Shown one piece after another: positions 51,514 through 61,499 of a DNA stretch of 64,000 nucleotides. Source of the DNA: Bacilli bacterium (GTDB lineage Bacteria > Bacillota_I > Bacilli_A > RFN20 > CAG-826). The notes beneath the pieces were generated by a model. That model was given only the letters and a program-made list of their open reading frames with translations. It did no database searches and had not been told where the DNA came from. A program made the translations under genes and the position numbers. The stretch spans positions 8,407 through 72,406 of the forward strand of contig JAFSVB010000087.1 of the NCBI GenBank assembly GCA_017450325.1, read 5' to 3'. How positions within the stretch are numbered: the stretch's first letter is position 1; the number at the start of each line of letters is the position of its first letter.

Positions 51514-52734
51514 CTAGAAGGTCACCTTATGGAAGACTTTCTTGCCTTTCTTTAGCTTTAGACCGGCCTTGATAGTGTCCGCACCGTATTTCGCGTTGGG
51601 GTCGACGACCTTCTCGTCGTTGACGGTGACGCCACCTTGGACGACAAGGCGACGGGCTTCCGACTTGGACGCGCATAGATTCGTCAGGACCAGGAGGTCC
51701 AAAAGGCCGATCTGGCCATCGACGAGCTGGGACGGTTCCAAGGCGGTGGTGGGCATGTTCGCGTCATCGCCCGCTCCAGAGAATAGCTTCTTCGCGGTCT
51801 CGAGGACTTCGTCCGCCTTTTCCTTGCCATGGACCAAAGCCGTGAGTTCATAGGCGAGGATTTGCTTCTTTTCATTGATTCTGGAGTCATCCCAATGGGC
51901 CATGTCCTCGATGGTTTCAAGGGGCAGGAACGTGAGCATCTTCAAGCATTTCATGACGTCTGCGTCATCGACGTTACGCCAATACTGGTAGAACTCAAAT
52001 GGCGTAGTCTTCTCGGGATCGAGCCATACGGCGCCTTTTTGGGACTTGCCCATCTTCTTGCCTTCGGAATTAAGCAAGAGAGTAATGGTCATCGCATAGG
52101 CGTCATCGCCTTTCTTCTTGCGGATGAGCTCGGTGCCCGCGAGCATGTTGGACCACTGGTCATCGCCACCGAATTGCATATTGCAGCCATAGGCCTCGTG
52201 AAGATGGTAGAAGTCATAGGCTTGCATAAGCATGTAGTTGAATTCAAGGAAGGAAAGGCCGCGTTCCATGCGCTGCTTGTAGCATTCCGCGCGGAGCATA
52301 TTGTTGACGGAGAAATGGGGCCCGACTTCCCTCATGAAATCGATGTAGTTGAGTTTCAAGAGCCAGTCGGCATTGTTGACCATGATGGCTTTGTCTTCGC
52401 CGAACTCAATGAAGCGCTCCATCTGTTTCTTAAAGCAAGCGCAGTTATGCTCGATGGTCTCGGGAGTCATCATGTAGCGCATGTCGCTGCGCCCGTTAGG
52501 ATCGCCGATGTAACCCGTGCCTCCGCCGACCAAAACGATGGGGCGGTTGCCAGCCATCAGAAGACGCTTCATCAAGCAAAGCGCCATAAAGTGCCCGACA
52601 TGGAGAGAGTCGGCGGTGGGGTCGAAGCCAATATAGAATTTGGCGCCGCCTTTATTGATGAGCTCACGGATTTCGTTCTCGTCCGTGACCTGCGCGATCA
52701 GTCCGCGCGCTTGTAATTCTTCGTAAATGCCCAT
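51514..52734 (-). CDS. tyrS: Tyrosyl-tRNA synthetase
   Basis: HVGH (HIGH) and KMGKS motifs, C-terminal S4 domain. Start at MGIYEELQ preceded by GAGGAA. Confidence 0.93.
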   Translation of the reverse strand: MGIYEELQARGLIAQVTDENEIRELINKGGAKFYIGFDPTADSLHVGHFMALCLMKRLLMAGNRPIVLVGGGTGYIGDPNGRSDMRYMMTPETIEHNCACFKKQMERFIEFGEDKAIMVNNADWLLKLNYIDFMREVGPHFSVNNMLRAECYKQRMERGLSFLEFNYMLMQAYDFYHLHEAYGCNMQFGGDDQWSNMLAGTELIRKKKGDDAYAMTITLLLNSEGKKMGKSQKGAVWLDPEKTTPFEFYQYWRNVDDADVMKCLKMLTFLPLETIEDMAHWDDSRINEKKQILAYELTALVHGKEKADEVLETAKKLFSGAGDDANMPTTALEPSQLVDGQIGLLDLLVLTNLCASKSEARRLVVQGGVTVNDEKVVDPNAKYGADTIKAGLKLKKGKKVFHKVTF

Positions 52735-52773
52735 AGGTATTCCTCGCGATTGCATCGAAACGGATGCTTCGTG

Positions 52774-52794
52774 GTCTATTCTACAAGAATAGAC
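52774..52794. promoter_or_regulatory. Inverted repeat GTCTATTC-N5-GAATAGAC in the tyrS 5' region, overlapping a TAGAAT -10-like box on the minus strand
   Basis: Seen directly. Confidence 0.3.
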
Positions 52795-52842
52795 ATCTTT
52801 TTAAAGAGAAATGAATGGGGTAAATTGGCCAGCTGAATCAGA

Positions 52843-52876
52843 ATATCAAAAAAATCGCGGCAAAACCGCCACGATT
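52843..52876 (-). terminator. Putative terminator after the DUF362 gene
   Basis: Hairpin AATCGCGGC-aaaa-CCGCCACGATT with a T-run on the minus strand. Confidence 0.5.
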
Positions 52877-52893
52877 TTTGGAATGTACGCCGA

Positions 52894-53781
52894 TTAATCC
52901 AGCAGGATGATCTTATAGGCGCGGGACCCTAATCCGAGCTTTTCGGCCGCTTCCACGGTGTGGATGCCATGGCGTGAATCCATACGCTCGATGAGGGCGG
53001 CTTTGCCAGGGTCGTCGCAGTTCTTGACGGCATCATAGCAAGCCTGGTCCAAAGCGACGGGGTCGAGGGAGGCGTAGATGCCAAGGTCGGCCATCTCCGG
53101 TTCCGCTGGATTGGAATCGCAGTCGCAATCGACCGAGAGACGGTTGGCCACGTTGATATAGGCGAAATTCTTGTAGCCGACATAGCGAAGGACCGCTTCG
53201 CAGGCGTCGGCCATGGATTCGAGGAAGTCATCTTGCTTTGGCGCGTAGACACCCCAGCAATCGGAGGAGTCGGTCGTTTGTCCCGCACTATGGATGTAGG
53301 CTTTGCCAGCGGTGGAGCCAATCCCGATGGAAATGTTCTTCAGCGCCCCGCCAAAGCCGCCCATCATATGTCCTTTGAAATGGGAGAGGATGAGCAACGA
53401 GTCGTAATGGTTCAGATGCTCGCCAACAATATCCTTATCCAGATGGAAGCCATTGTGGACGGGGATCTCGATCTCACCGAACTCGTCCATCAAGTCGACG
53501 GGGAAGCGGGGGAGGAAACCATGGGCCTTGATGGTATCCCAGTGCTTCTCTTTCTCTTGCCTGGAGCCACCATAGGCGGTGCAACATTCGACGATGGTTC
53601 CCTGAAGCTGGTCGACGAGTTTCCCAATAAGCTCGGGCTTGAGATAGTTATGGCCGCCCATTTCTCCGGTGGAGATCTTGACGCCGATATGACCGCGAAG
53701 GTCGCGCCCTAAGGCTTTGTAGATTCGGACGAGGCTCTCGGGGGTAATCTCTTTTGTGAAGTATACGATGGAAGGTTTCAT
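52894..53781 (-). CDS. DUF362-family protein (possible Fe-S protein)
   Basis: N-terminus MKPSIVYFTKEIT and the Cys cluster VDCDCDS resemble DUF362 members. Confidence 0.5.
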   Translation of the reverse strand: MKPSIVYFTKEITPESLVRIYKALGRDLRGHIGVKISTGEMGGHNYLKPELIGKLVDQLQGTIVECCTAYGGSRQEKEKHWDTIKAHGFLPRFPVDLMDEFGEIEIPVHNGFHLDKDIVGEHLNHYDSLLILSHFKGHMMGGFGGALKNISIGIGSTAGKAYIHSAGQTTDSSDCWGVYAPKQDDFLESMADACEAVLRYVGYKNFAYINVANRLSVDCDCDSNPAEPEMADLGIYASLDPVALDQACYDAVKNCDDPGKAALIERMDSRHGIHTVEAAEKLGLGSRAYKIILLD

Positions 53782-53952
53782 AGAATGCTCCTTGTAGCAT
53801 AATGATACAAAGGTTTCGCCTATTATTCATACTGAAATAGGTATTTTGGACAATTATAGTCGGCGTTGGAGATTCGATATTTCTTTAACGCGCGCACGCG
53901 TAGGTATAAAATATGGATAAAGGAAAGCGCGAAAAGCGCGGGAGGTAACGTT

Positions 53953-55419
53953 ATGCCAGCATGGGCAATTGCACTGATCATCGTAGCCGTCGTGTTACTA
54001 TTGATCCTTCTCATCGTCTTCTTGACTTCCTATGTCAAGGCCGGCCCCGACGAAGCCATTATGATTTCCGGTTCCGGCAAAAAGAAAATTCTCATCGGTA
54101 AAGCGGGGTTCCGTGTCCCGTTCTTCCAGAGGATGGACAAACTTTCTCTGAAAGTGTTCCAAGTCGACATCAAAACCGACGAACCGATTCCGACCACGGA
54201 ATTCATCAACATCAATGTCGATGGCGTCGCCAACTTGAAGATCTCGAGCGACCCGCAGTTGCTCCATCGCGCCTTCGAATCGTTGCTTGGAATCTCCAAT
54301 GGAGACCTCCAGCTTCAGGTCCAACAGATCCTGCAGGGCAACATGCGTGAAATCATCGGTACCGCGAACATCAAGACCCTCGTCCAAAACCGTAAGGGCA
54401 TCGCGGAAAAAGTTATGGAGAACGTTGTTCCCGACATGGCCAAACTCGGCATCGAAGTCGTCAACTTCAACATCCAGAACTTCTCCGACTCCAACTCGGT
54501 GATTTACAACCTCGGTATCGATAACGTCTCTCAGATTCAAAAAGACGCCAGCATCGCCAAGGCCAACGCCGAGCGCGACATCGCCATCGCCAAGGCGCAG
54601 GCCGACAAGGACGCCAATGACGCCCGCGTCGCCAGCGAACTTGAAATCGCCAGCCAAAACAACGCTCTCGAGCTTCGCAAAGCCGAGCTGAAGAAGAACG
54701 AGGACATCGCCCGCGCCGATGCCGACGCGGCCTATGACATCCAGCGTCAGAAGCAGCAGTTGCTCCTCAATACCAATGAGGTCGAGGCGGAAATCGCAAA
54801 GAAGACCAAAGAGATTACCCTCAATGAGAAATCCGCGGAAATCGCCCAGAAGAAACTCGACGCCGAAATCAACAAGAAGGCCGATGCTGAGAAGTATCGC
54901 GCCGAAAGCGAGGCGGAAGCCGAACTCTATACCAAGGTGAAGGAAGCCGAAGCGCAAGCCAGCCAGCGCAAAGCAAAAGCCGACGCCGACCTCTACGAAG
55001 CCGAGCGTCGCGCCTCCGCGGTCAAAGCCGAAGCCGACGCTGCCAAGCAAGCCGCCCTCTTCGAGGCTGATGGTATCCGCGCCAAAGGCGAAGCGGAAGC
55101 CGAAGCCATCAAGAAGAAAGCCGAAGCTATGAAGCAATACGGCGAGGCTGCCACTTTACAGCTCATCCTCGACTCCAACCTCATCCCCAACACCGTCGAA
55201 GCCTATGCGAAGCCGACCGCCGAAGCACTTGGCCGCATTGGCAACATCACGATGTATGGCGAGGGCAACACCGCCAAACTCGGCGAGGAAATCACCCGCA
55301 ACGGCACGCAAATCTTCAAAGGGATCAAAGATGCTACCGGCATCGATGTCGCCTCGCTGCTCGCCGGTTATCTCGGTGGGAAGATCGCGAGCAAAAAGCC
55401 CGCAGACCCGCAGGAATAA
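53953..55419 (+). CDS. Flotillin-like SPFH/band-7 protein (FloT/YuaG-like)
   Basis: N-terminal TM helix, SPFH domain and a long Ala/Glu-rich coiled coil. RBS GGGAGG. Confidence 0.8.
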   Translation: MPAWAIALIIVAVVLLLILLIVFLTSYVKAGPDEAIMISGSGKKKILIGKAGFRVPFFQRMDKLSLKVFQVDIKTDEPIPTTEFININVDGVANLKISSDPQLLHRAFESLLGISNGDLQLQVQQILQGNMREIIGTANIKTLVQNRKGIAEKVMENVVPDMAKLGIEVVNFNIQNFSDSNSVIYNLGIDNVSQIQKDASIAKANAERDIAIAKAQADKDANDARVASELEIASQNNALELRKAELKKNEDIARADADAAYDIQRQKQQLLLNTNEVEAEIAKKTKEITLNEKSAEIAQKKLDAEINKKADAEKYRAESEAEAELYTKVKEAEAQASQRKAKADADLYEAERRASAVKAEADAAKQAALFEADGIRAKGEAEAEAIKKKAEAMKQYGEAATLQLILDSNLIPNTVEAYAKPTAEALGRIGNITMYGEGNTAKLGEEITRNGTQIFKGIKDATGIDVASLLAGYLGGKIASKKPADPQE

Positions 55420-55438
55420 TCATTCATCATCCTTCGAT

Positions 55439-55462
55439 GGCCGCCAGAAATGGCGGCTTTTC
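55439..55462 (+). terminator. Terminator after the flotillin gene
   Basis: GGCCGCCA-gaaa-TGGCGGC followed by TTTTC. Confidence 0.6.
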
Positions 55463-55465
55463 AAC

Positions 55466-55493
55466 ATGAAAAAGGACCCAATTGCTTGGGCCC
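55466..55493 (-). terminator. Terminator after rpsD
   Basis: GGGCCCAAGCAATTGGGTCC followed by TTTTTC on the minus strand. Confidence 0.6.
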
Positions 55494-55520
55494 TCTTGGC
55501 TACTAATGTCGGCTCGAGTA

Positions 55521-56117
55521 TTAGAGCTTGCGGTTGTAGTACTCGATGATTTGAGATTCGTTGATCTCTTGGGCGAGCTCATTGCGCTCGGGCTCGCGGA
55601 GGAAGGTGCCTTCGAACTTGTCGACGTCGGTCTTGACATAGCCGACGGAAGCGGGCTTGGATTCAAGGGCTTCCTTAACGCACTTAAGCGGGGAATCTTC
55701 CTTGAGGGAGATGACGTCGCCAACCTTGCAGAGGTAGGAGGGGATGTCGACCTTCTTGCCATTGACGAGGATGTGGCCGTGAGCGACGAGCTGACGGGCC
55801 CCAGCACGGGTCCTGGCGAAACCCATGCGGAAGACGAGGTTGTCCAAGCGGGATTCGAGGATGCGGAAGAAGGCTAAGCCAGTGACGGTAGGATCTTTCT
55901 TCGCGATGAGGAAGAGGCGGCGGAACTGGCGTTCGGAGACTCCATAGAGGGAGCGAAGTTTCTGCTTCTCGAGGAGCTGGAGGCCGTATTCGGAGCTCTT
56001 CTTCTTACGATCTTGGCCGTGTTGGCCCGGGCCATAGGGGCGCTTTTTGAGCTCATCACCGGTCTCGAGGGTCGAGAAGCCAAGGTGACGGCTACGTTTC
56101 CATGCGGATTTAGACAT
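55521..56117 (-). CDS. rpsD: 30S ribosomal protein S4
   Basis: MSKSAWKRSRHLG... full-length match. RBS AGGAGA. Confidence 0.93.
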   Translation of the reverse strand: MSKSAWKRSRHLGFSTLETGDELKKRPYGPGQHGQDRKKKSSEYGLQLLEKQKLRSLYGVSERQFRRLFLIAKKDPTVTGLAFFRILESRLDNLVFRMGFARTRAGARQLVAHGHILVNGKKVDIPSYLCKVGDVISLKEDSPLKCVKEALESKPASVGYVKTDVDKFEGTFLREPERNELAQEINESQIIEYYNRKL

Positions 56118-56398
56118 TTGAATGTCTCCTTTCTTTGTTGCTTGCAAAGTCCAGAGGGTATCTTCCGCCTTTCCGGGTGTCGGAGCTTCCGTTCGGCCCT
56201 AGTAGCGGGGGCTTACTTGTTTTGATTTACCGACGTCGGGCGAAAGGGTAGATGCCTGCTGCTTTCACACGCGGATGTAAGTATACGCGTACATAGGATG
56301 CCGTGCAACGTTTTTATTCGCGGCTGTAAAGAGCGACTGCGCAGTGGAATCTACATTTTGCTCTCATAGCACGATTCTTCTTTGCCAAACAGGAACAA
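56118..56398 (-). promoter_or_regulatory. Long GC-rich 5' leader of rpsD, candidate S4 autoregulatory RNA
   Basis: 281-nt non-coding gap upstream of rpsD that is GC-rich and structured. Confidence 0.35.
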
Positions 56399-57364
56399 AT
56401 GGGGATAATCATACCCGTGAATCAAAAAGTCCTGTCCTTGCTTTATCTCCTTGGCGTTTATCTCTTCGTCTTCGGCCTTGTGATGCTTGGGGGCAGCGCG
56501 CTTATCATGTACACGTCCATGCATTATCTGCTGGTCGTTTTGCTCATGGATGTCACCGCCACGATATTCATCTATTTGGTTGGCCTCAGGAAGCGAACGC
56601 CTTCGATTTACGATCCTTATTGGTCCGTTCAGACGTGGTTCTTCATGCTGTTCTTGCTCATCGTGTACCGTAACTGGAACGTGGGCACCCTTTTGGTGTT
56701 CCTTGTCTTGACTTTCTATAGCGTTCGTCTGACCGCCAACTTCTGCATTGGTTTTAATGATTTGTCCTATGTGGATTGGCGGTACAGGATGCTGAAGCAG
56801 AAGTCGGGGAAGGCATTCCAGCTCGTGAACTTCTTCGGCATCAACATGATGCCTACGCTTTTGGTCTATCTCGCTTCCGTCCCGTTCTTCCTCTATAGCG
56901 TGGAAAGTCAGTTCCATCCATTGGATTTAATCGCTCTTCTTGGCATGACGGGCGCGGTGGTCATCGAGCTGCTTGCGGACGCGCAGATGCGCGCTTGGAT
57001 CAAAAACCGCAAGGACCGGGCCGAGGTCATCAACGTCGGGCTATGGAATTACTCCCGCCACCCAAATTACCTCGGCGAGATTTCCTTTTGGGTCTTTGGC
57101 TCCTTGCTGATTCTGCCACGTCTCATCCAGGGATCGAGCGAGTGGTATTGGCTTCTAGGCGGCGTCGCCATGGTGCTTCTATTCGCCTTTATTTCCATCC
57201 CGATGATCGAACGGAATTTTGCTTCCTATAAGCCGGCCTACGCAGATTACAAGAAGCGGGTGTCTTGCTTGCTTCTATGGCCGCCAAAGCGGATGAAAAA
57301 TAACGAAAATCCTGTGCAAAACCCCGCTGATTTAGAAAATGAAGCGGTGGAAGAGTCTCACTAG
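56399..57364 (+). CDS. Polytopic membrane protein, ICMT/steroid-5alpha-reductase/DUF1295-like
   Basis: GLWNYSRHPNYLGE motif in a C-terminal TM region. Confidence 0.55.
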   Translation: MGIIIPVNQKVLSLLYLLGVYLFVFGLVMLGGSALIMYTSMHYLLVVLLMDVTATIFIYLVGLRKRTPSIYDPYWSVQTWFFMLFLLIVYRNWNVGTLLVFLVLTFYSVRLTANFCIGFNDLSYVDWRYRMLKQKSGKAFQLVNFFGINMMPTLLVYLASVPFFLYSVESQFHPLDLIALLGMTGAVVIELLADAQMRAWIKNRKDRAEVINVGLWNYSRHPNYLGEISFWVFGSLLILPRLIQGSSEWYWLLGGVAMVLLFAFISIPMIERNFASYKPAYADYKKRVSCLLLWPPKRMKNNENPVQNPADLENEAVEESH

Positions 57365-57469
57365 AAAACCCGTTTTCCTTTCATTTGGGCTCCATTGCGT
57401 TCGAAAAAGAATAAAATCGGAGTACTTTATGCGTGCGAGTGCGCGCTCTTGCGTCTAGAATATTAACGT

Positions 57470-59182
57470 ATGAGCTACCTTGTTTTGCTATCGCCATTAT
57501 CCATCGGCTTAATCGTTGCCGCCGGCGTCGTCGTGGCCGTCGGCTTATTCCTTTTGCTTCACTTCACTTTGCTCGCCTCCATGCGTTACAAGAAGACGGT
57601 CCGCGAGCTTTCCCGCCGCTTCGAATACCTTCACGCCCTCCTAACCGGCCAGGATTCCCAATACCTCCGCCGCATCGAGTCGATTTCCCAAACCACCCTT
57701 CTCTACGCGGATACCCACGCGACCTTCAACAAGCGCTTCAAGGACATCCGCGATAAGAGCGACTCCTCCGCCCAAGCGGCGATCAACAACCTGAAGGACC
57801 TTCTTTCCGAACGCGCCTATAAAGCCCTAAAGGCCGAGCTTCCCCGCGCTCGGGTCATCATCGAGAACTACGACGAGGAAGTCAACGGCCTCAACAACGA
57901 TCTCCTTCACATCATCAAGCCGGAAGAAGAATGCCGGCAGATGTCCCTCCACCTCAAAGAGGAACTGCGCAAAATCAAGCAAAGCTATTTCATCAAGCAG
58001 GCCGACCTCGTCTTGATGGCCGCCTCCTTCGAGCAGGTTTTCAAGCAGCTTGACGAGCAATTCCAGCAGTTTGAGACCTGCGTCGAATCGGCCCGTTATG
58101 ACGATGCAAAGAACCTCCTTCCCGATATCGCCGCCGTCATCAAGGAACTCGGCCGTTGCCTGCAAGAGCTCCCCAATATCTGCATCACCATCACCTCCGT
58201 CATCCCCGATAAGCTCGCCTCCCTTCAGAACCGTTATGAGGAGATGGTCCGCGCGGACTTCCCGCTTCATCACCTCATCGTGAAAGGGAACATCGAGGAC
58301 ATGAACAACCTTTTGAGCGAAATCACCGAGCGCGTCACTCAGTTCGACCTCCGTCGCGTCAATGAGGAACTCGATGGCATCATCGCCCGAATCGACGAAT
58401 ACTTCGACCTCTTTGACAACGAAAAAGAGGCCCGTTTGATCTTTGAGAACGAGTGCGAGAAGATCTACGCGGACGAGGCTTCGATCGAGAAAAAGTACAT
58501 CCGCCTTTCCAATGGCCTCCCCGAAGTGAAGTCCATTTTCGTGATCCCTGCCAAGGCACAATCCCAGATTGACGGCATCAAGAACCTCATCAACAAAGCC
58601 GGCGCGACCAAGCGCTCCCTCGATACATTCATCCACTCTGGAACCAAGCAACCCTATTCGATCCTCGTCGAGAAGATGCACACCTTGCGCGATGAAGCCA
58701 CGGCCGCTTCGACGGCGATCGACGACTTCGAACGCTATCTCTTCTCCTTGAAGTCCGATTCCGAATCGGCGGTATCGATCATCGATGAATTCTATGGGAA
58801 ACTCCATCGATGCGAAGTCATGCTCGATGAGATCGGGCTCGATATCGTGACCGAGAAATACGCTTCTTCCATCGAGGAGTGCTACACCTTCATCGACGAG
58901 ATCTATCGCCTCGTCCATACGCTTCCGATCGACGTGGAACTCGTCAATGAGAACGTCGGTAAGCTGCATTCGCAAGGCACCGCCTGCTTTGATGCGATCA
59001 CCGCGGATTACGAGCAGAGCAAACTCGCCGATGCCGCCATCTTATTCGCCAATCGCGACCGCCGCCATCTCGGCGAGGTCAACGATGCCTTAAAGCAGAC
59101 CGAAAGCTACTATTTTAATGGCGACTTCAACCGCGCCTACCTCGAAACAGGCGCAACCCTCAAGAGGATCCGCGGAGAGTAA
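57470..59182 (+). CDS. ezrA: Septation ring formation regulator EzrA
   Basis: Single N-terminal TM helix then about 540 aa of coiled coil. Size and architecture match EzrA. Confidence 0.75.
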   Translation: MSYLVLLSPLSIGLIVAAGVVVAVGLFLLLHFTLLASMRYKKTVRELSRRFEYLHALLTGQDSQYLRRIESISQTTLLYADTHATFNKRFKDIRDKSDSSAQAAINNLKDLLSERAYKALKAELPRARVIIENYDEEVNGLNNDLLHIIKPEEECRQMSLHLKEELRKIKQSYFIKQADLVLMAASFEQVFKQLDEQFQQFETCVESARYDDAKNLLPDIAAVIKELGRCLQELPNICITITSVIPDKLASLQNRYEEMVRADFPLHHLIVKGNIEDMNNLLSEITERVTQFDLRRVNEELDGIIARIDEYFDLFDNEKEARLIFENECEKIYADEASIEKKYIRLSNGLPEVKSIFVIPAKAQSQIDGIKNLINKAGATKRSLDTFIHSGTKQPYSILVEKMHTLRDEATAASTAIDDFERYLFSLKSDSESAVSIIDEFYGKLHRCEVMLDEIGLDIVTEKYASSIEECYTFIDEIYRLVHTLPIDVELVNENVGKLHSQGTACFDAITADYEQSKLADAAILFANRDRRHLGEVNDALKQTESYYFNGDFNRAYLETGATLKRIRGE

Positions 59183-59183
59183 C

Positions 59184-60314
59184 ATGGTTTATTTCGACTC
59201 CGCCGCATCCACGAAACCCCGTACTGAAATCTTAGATTCTTTCCTAAAGAGCAATCAGGAGTGCTTTGCGAACCCCTCTTCCGCCCATGCCCTCGGTCGC
59301 GAGGCGGACCGCCGCCTCGATGCGGCGCGGAAGAAAATCCTCGACGCATTCCGCTTACCTGCCCAATATCAGGTCGCCTTCCTTTCTGGCGCGACCGAAG
59401 CCAATAACCTCGCGATCAAAGGCGTGGCGTTTTCCTATCAAAATCGCGGCAAAAAGCTCTTGTTTTCCGCCGTGGAGCATCCTTCCGTCCTCGAACCCAT
59501 AAGATATTTGGCAGAGCATTTCGGTTTCATTCCCGTTCCATTAGCGGTAGATTCTTTAGGCCGCGTAAGCTTGGACACCTTGCGCGAAGCGATGGACAAA
59601 GACGTCATCCTCGTTTCCATCATGGGCGCGAACAACGAAACCGGGGCAGTCAATGACCTCGCCTCCTTAGGGGCGATCGTCCACGAATACCCCAAAGCCT
59701 TCTTCCATAGCGACCTCACGCAGGCCATTGGCAAGATGGATATCCCGTTCTCTTCGCTCGACCTCTTCTCCTATTCCGCCCACAAGATCCATGGCGTGAA
59801 GCAATCGGGCGCCCTCGTCTATAAGTCCTCGATGCGCCTCGTCCCTTGCCTCCATGGAGGAGGCCAAGAACGCGGGCTCCGTTCGGGGACAGGTTCAGTG
59901 GCCTTGGACGAAAGCCTCGCCTTGGCGACGAGCCTTGCGATGTCTTCCGCCCACCAAGCGACCGCCCACGTTCGTGCGCTTTGGCAGCGTCTTCGCGATG
60001 GGCTACAGGAAGAGCCCGTCCTCCTCAACTCCACGGAGGAAGGCTCGCCTTACATCCTCAATTTCTCATTAAGGAACCACAAGGCGTCCGTCATCATGGA
60101 AGCCTTGTCGCAGAAGGGCTTCTACGTCTCGACCATGAGCGCCTGCTCCGAGCGTACCGACCAAGCATCCGCGACGCTTCTAGCGATGGGGCTACCCAAA
60201 GAGCTCGCAGGCAATGCCATCCGCGTCTCCTTCTCGGAGGACAACACCCTCGAGGAAGTCGACGCCTTCTTGTCCCACCTACACCAAATCCTAAAGGAGG
60301 TCCACCCTCGATGA
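59184..60314 (+). CDS. Cysteine desulfurase (NifS/IscS-like, class V aminotransferase)
   Basis: PLP-Lys motif SAHKIHG and active-site Cys in SACSE. Confidence 0.85.
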   Translation: MVYFDSAASTKPRTEILDSFLKSNQECFANPSSAHALGREADRRLDAARKKILDAFRLPAQYQVAFLSGATEANNLAIKGVAFSYQNRGKKLLFSAVEHPSVLEPIRYLAEHFGFIPVPLAVDSLGRVSLDTLREAMDKDVILVSIMGANNETGAVNDLASLGAIVHEYPKAFFHSDLTQAIGKMDIPFSSLDLFSYSAHKIHGVKQSGALVYKSSMRLVPCLHGGGQERGLRSGTGSVALDESLALATSLAMSSAHQATAHVRALWQRLRDGLQEEPVLLNSTEEGSPYILNFSLRNHKASVIMEALSQKGFYVSTMSACSERTDQASATLLAMGLPKELAGNAIRVSFSEDNTLEEVDAFLSHLHQILKEVHPR

Positions 60315-61495
60315 ACGCGAACATGCTCATGATCCATTATGGAGAACTCTCCACCAAAGGCGCGAACCGCAAGGCCTTTATTTCGTGCCTGCTCCATAAT
60401 GTACGCACCGCGATTAAGTCCTTTGGCCTTGAAGCCAAGGGAGACCGCGACCATATCTACGTCTATCTCAAAGAAGACAACGCCGCTGACGTCATCAACA
60501 GGCTCAAGGAAGTCTCGGGCATTCAACGCATCTCCGTCGTCATGAAGTGCGCCGCGACGCTTGAGGACATCAAACCATCCGTCTTGGCTTTGCTCAACGA
60601 CGAAAAAGGCGTCAAAACGTTCAAATTGGACGTGAAGCGCGTCGATAAGATGTTCCCACTTGATTCCTATGGCATCGCGGTGGAAGTGGCGGACTATGTC
60701 TTGGACAACTCCTGCTATTCCGTCGATCTCCATAATCCGGACGCGAAAGTCAAAATCACCTTGCGCCCCGAGGCTTGCTACCTCTCTTGCCATGACGAAC
60801 TTGGCCTAGGCGGGTATCCGTTAGGAATGATCGGCAAGGTCACGACGCTTCTTTCCGGCGGCATTGATTCCCCCGTGGCGGCGTTTAGCTTGATGCGGCG
60901 CGGCATCCGCGTTGAGGCCCTTCATTTCGCCTCCCCACCTTATACGTCGATGGCGGTGCTCGACAAATTGCGGGATATCCTGACTTGCCTCAACGATTAC
61001 CAGACGGATATCAAGCTGCAGATTCTGCCGTTTACGAAAATCCAAGAAGCGATTTATGAGCACGTCCCCGAGCCGTATTGCATCACCATCATGAGGCGCA
61101 TGATGATCCGCCTCGCGGTGGCGGTGGCGAAAAAGAACCATTGTTTGGCCATCGCTACAGGCGAATCCATCGGCCAAGTGGCCTCGCAGACCTTGGAATC
61201 CATCGGGGTCATCGAAGCGGTCGCGGAGAGTTTCCCCGTGCTCCGTCCTTTATGCGTCGAGGATAAGCTTTCCATCATCGAGAAATCGAAGAAGATCGGA
61301 ACCTACGACATCTCCATCCGCCCGTATGAGGATTGCTGCACCATATTCAAGCCGAAGAAGCCCAAGACGAAGCCCCGTCTTGAGGATTGTCTTTACTACG
61401 AGTCGAAATTCGATTATGAGACCTTGCTGAAGGAGTGCCTCGAGGGCATCGAGACGCTTTATTTCAGCGAAGACAAGGAAACGAGAAAGGAATAA
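60311..61495 (+). CDS. thiI: tRNA 4-thiouridine synthase
   Basis: THUMP N-domain plus PP-loop SGGIDSPVAAF. ATGA overlap with the desulfurase gene. Confidence 0.9.
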   Translation: MNANMLMIHYGELSTKGANRKAFISCLLHNVRTAIKSFGLEAKGDRDHIYVYLKEDNAADVINRLKEVSGIQRISVVMKCAATLEDIKPSVLALLNDEKGVKTFKLDVKRVDKMFPLDSYGIAVEVADYVLDNSCYSVDLHNPDAKVKITLRPEACYLSCHDELGLGGYPLGMIGKVTTLLSGGIDSPVAAFSLMRRGIRVEALHFASPPYTSMAVLDKLRDILTCLNDYQTDIKLQILPFTKIQEAIYEHVPEPYCITIMRRMMIRLAVAVAKKNHCLAIATGESIGQVASQTLESIGVIEAVAESFPVLRPLCVEDKLSIIEKSKKIGTYDISIRPYEDCCTIFKPKKPKTKPRLEDCLYYESKFDYETLLKECLEGIETLYFSEDKETRKE

Positions 61496-61499
61496 CATC

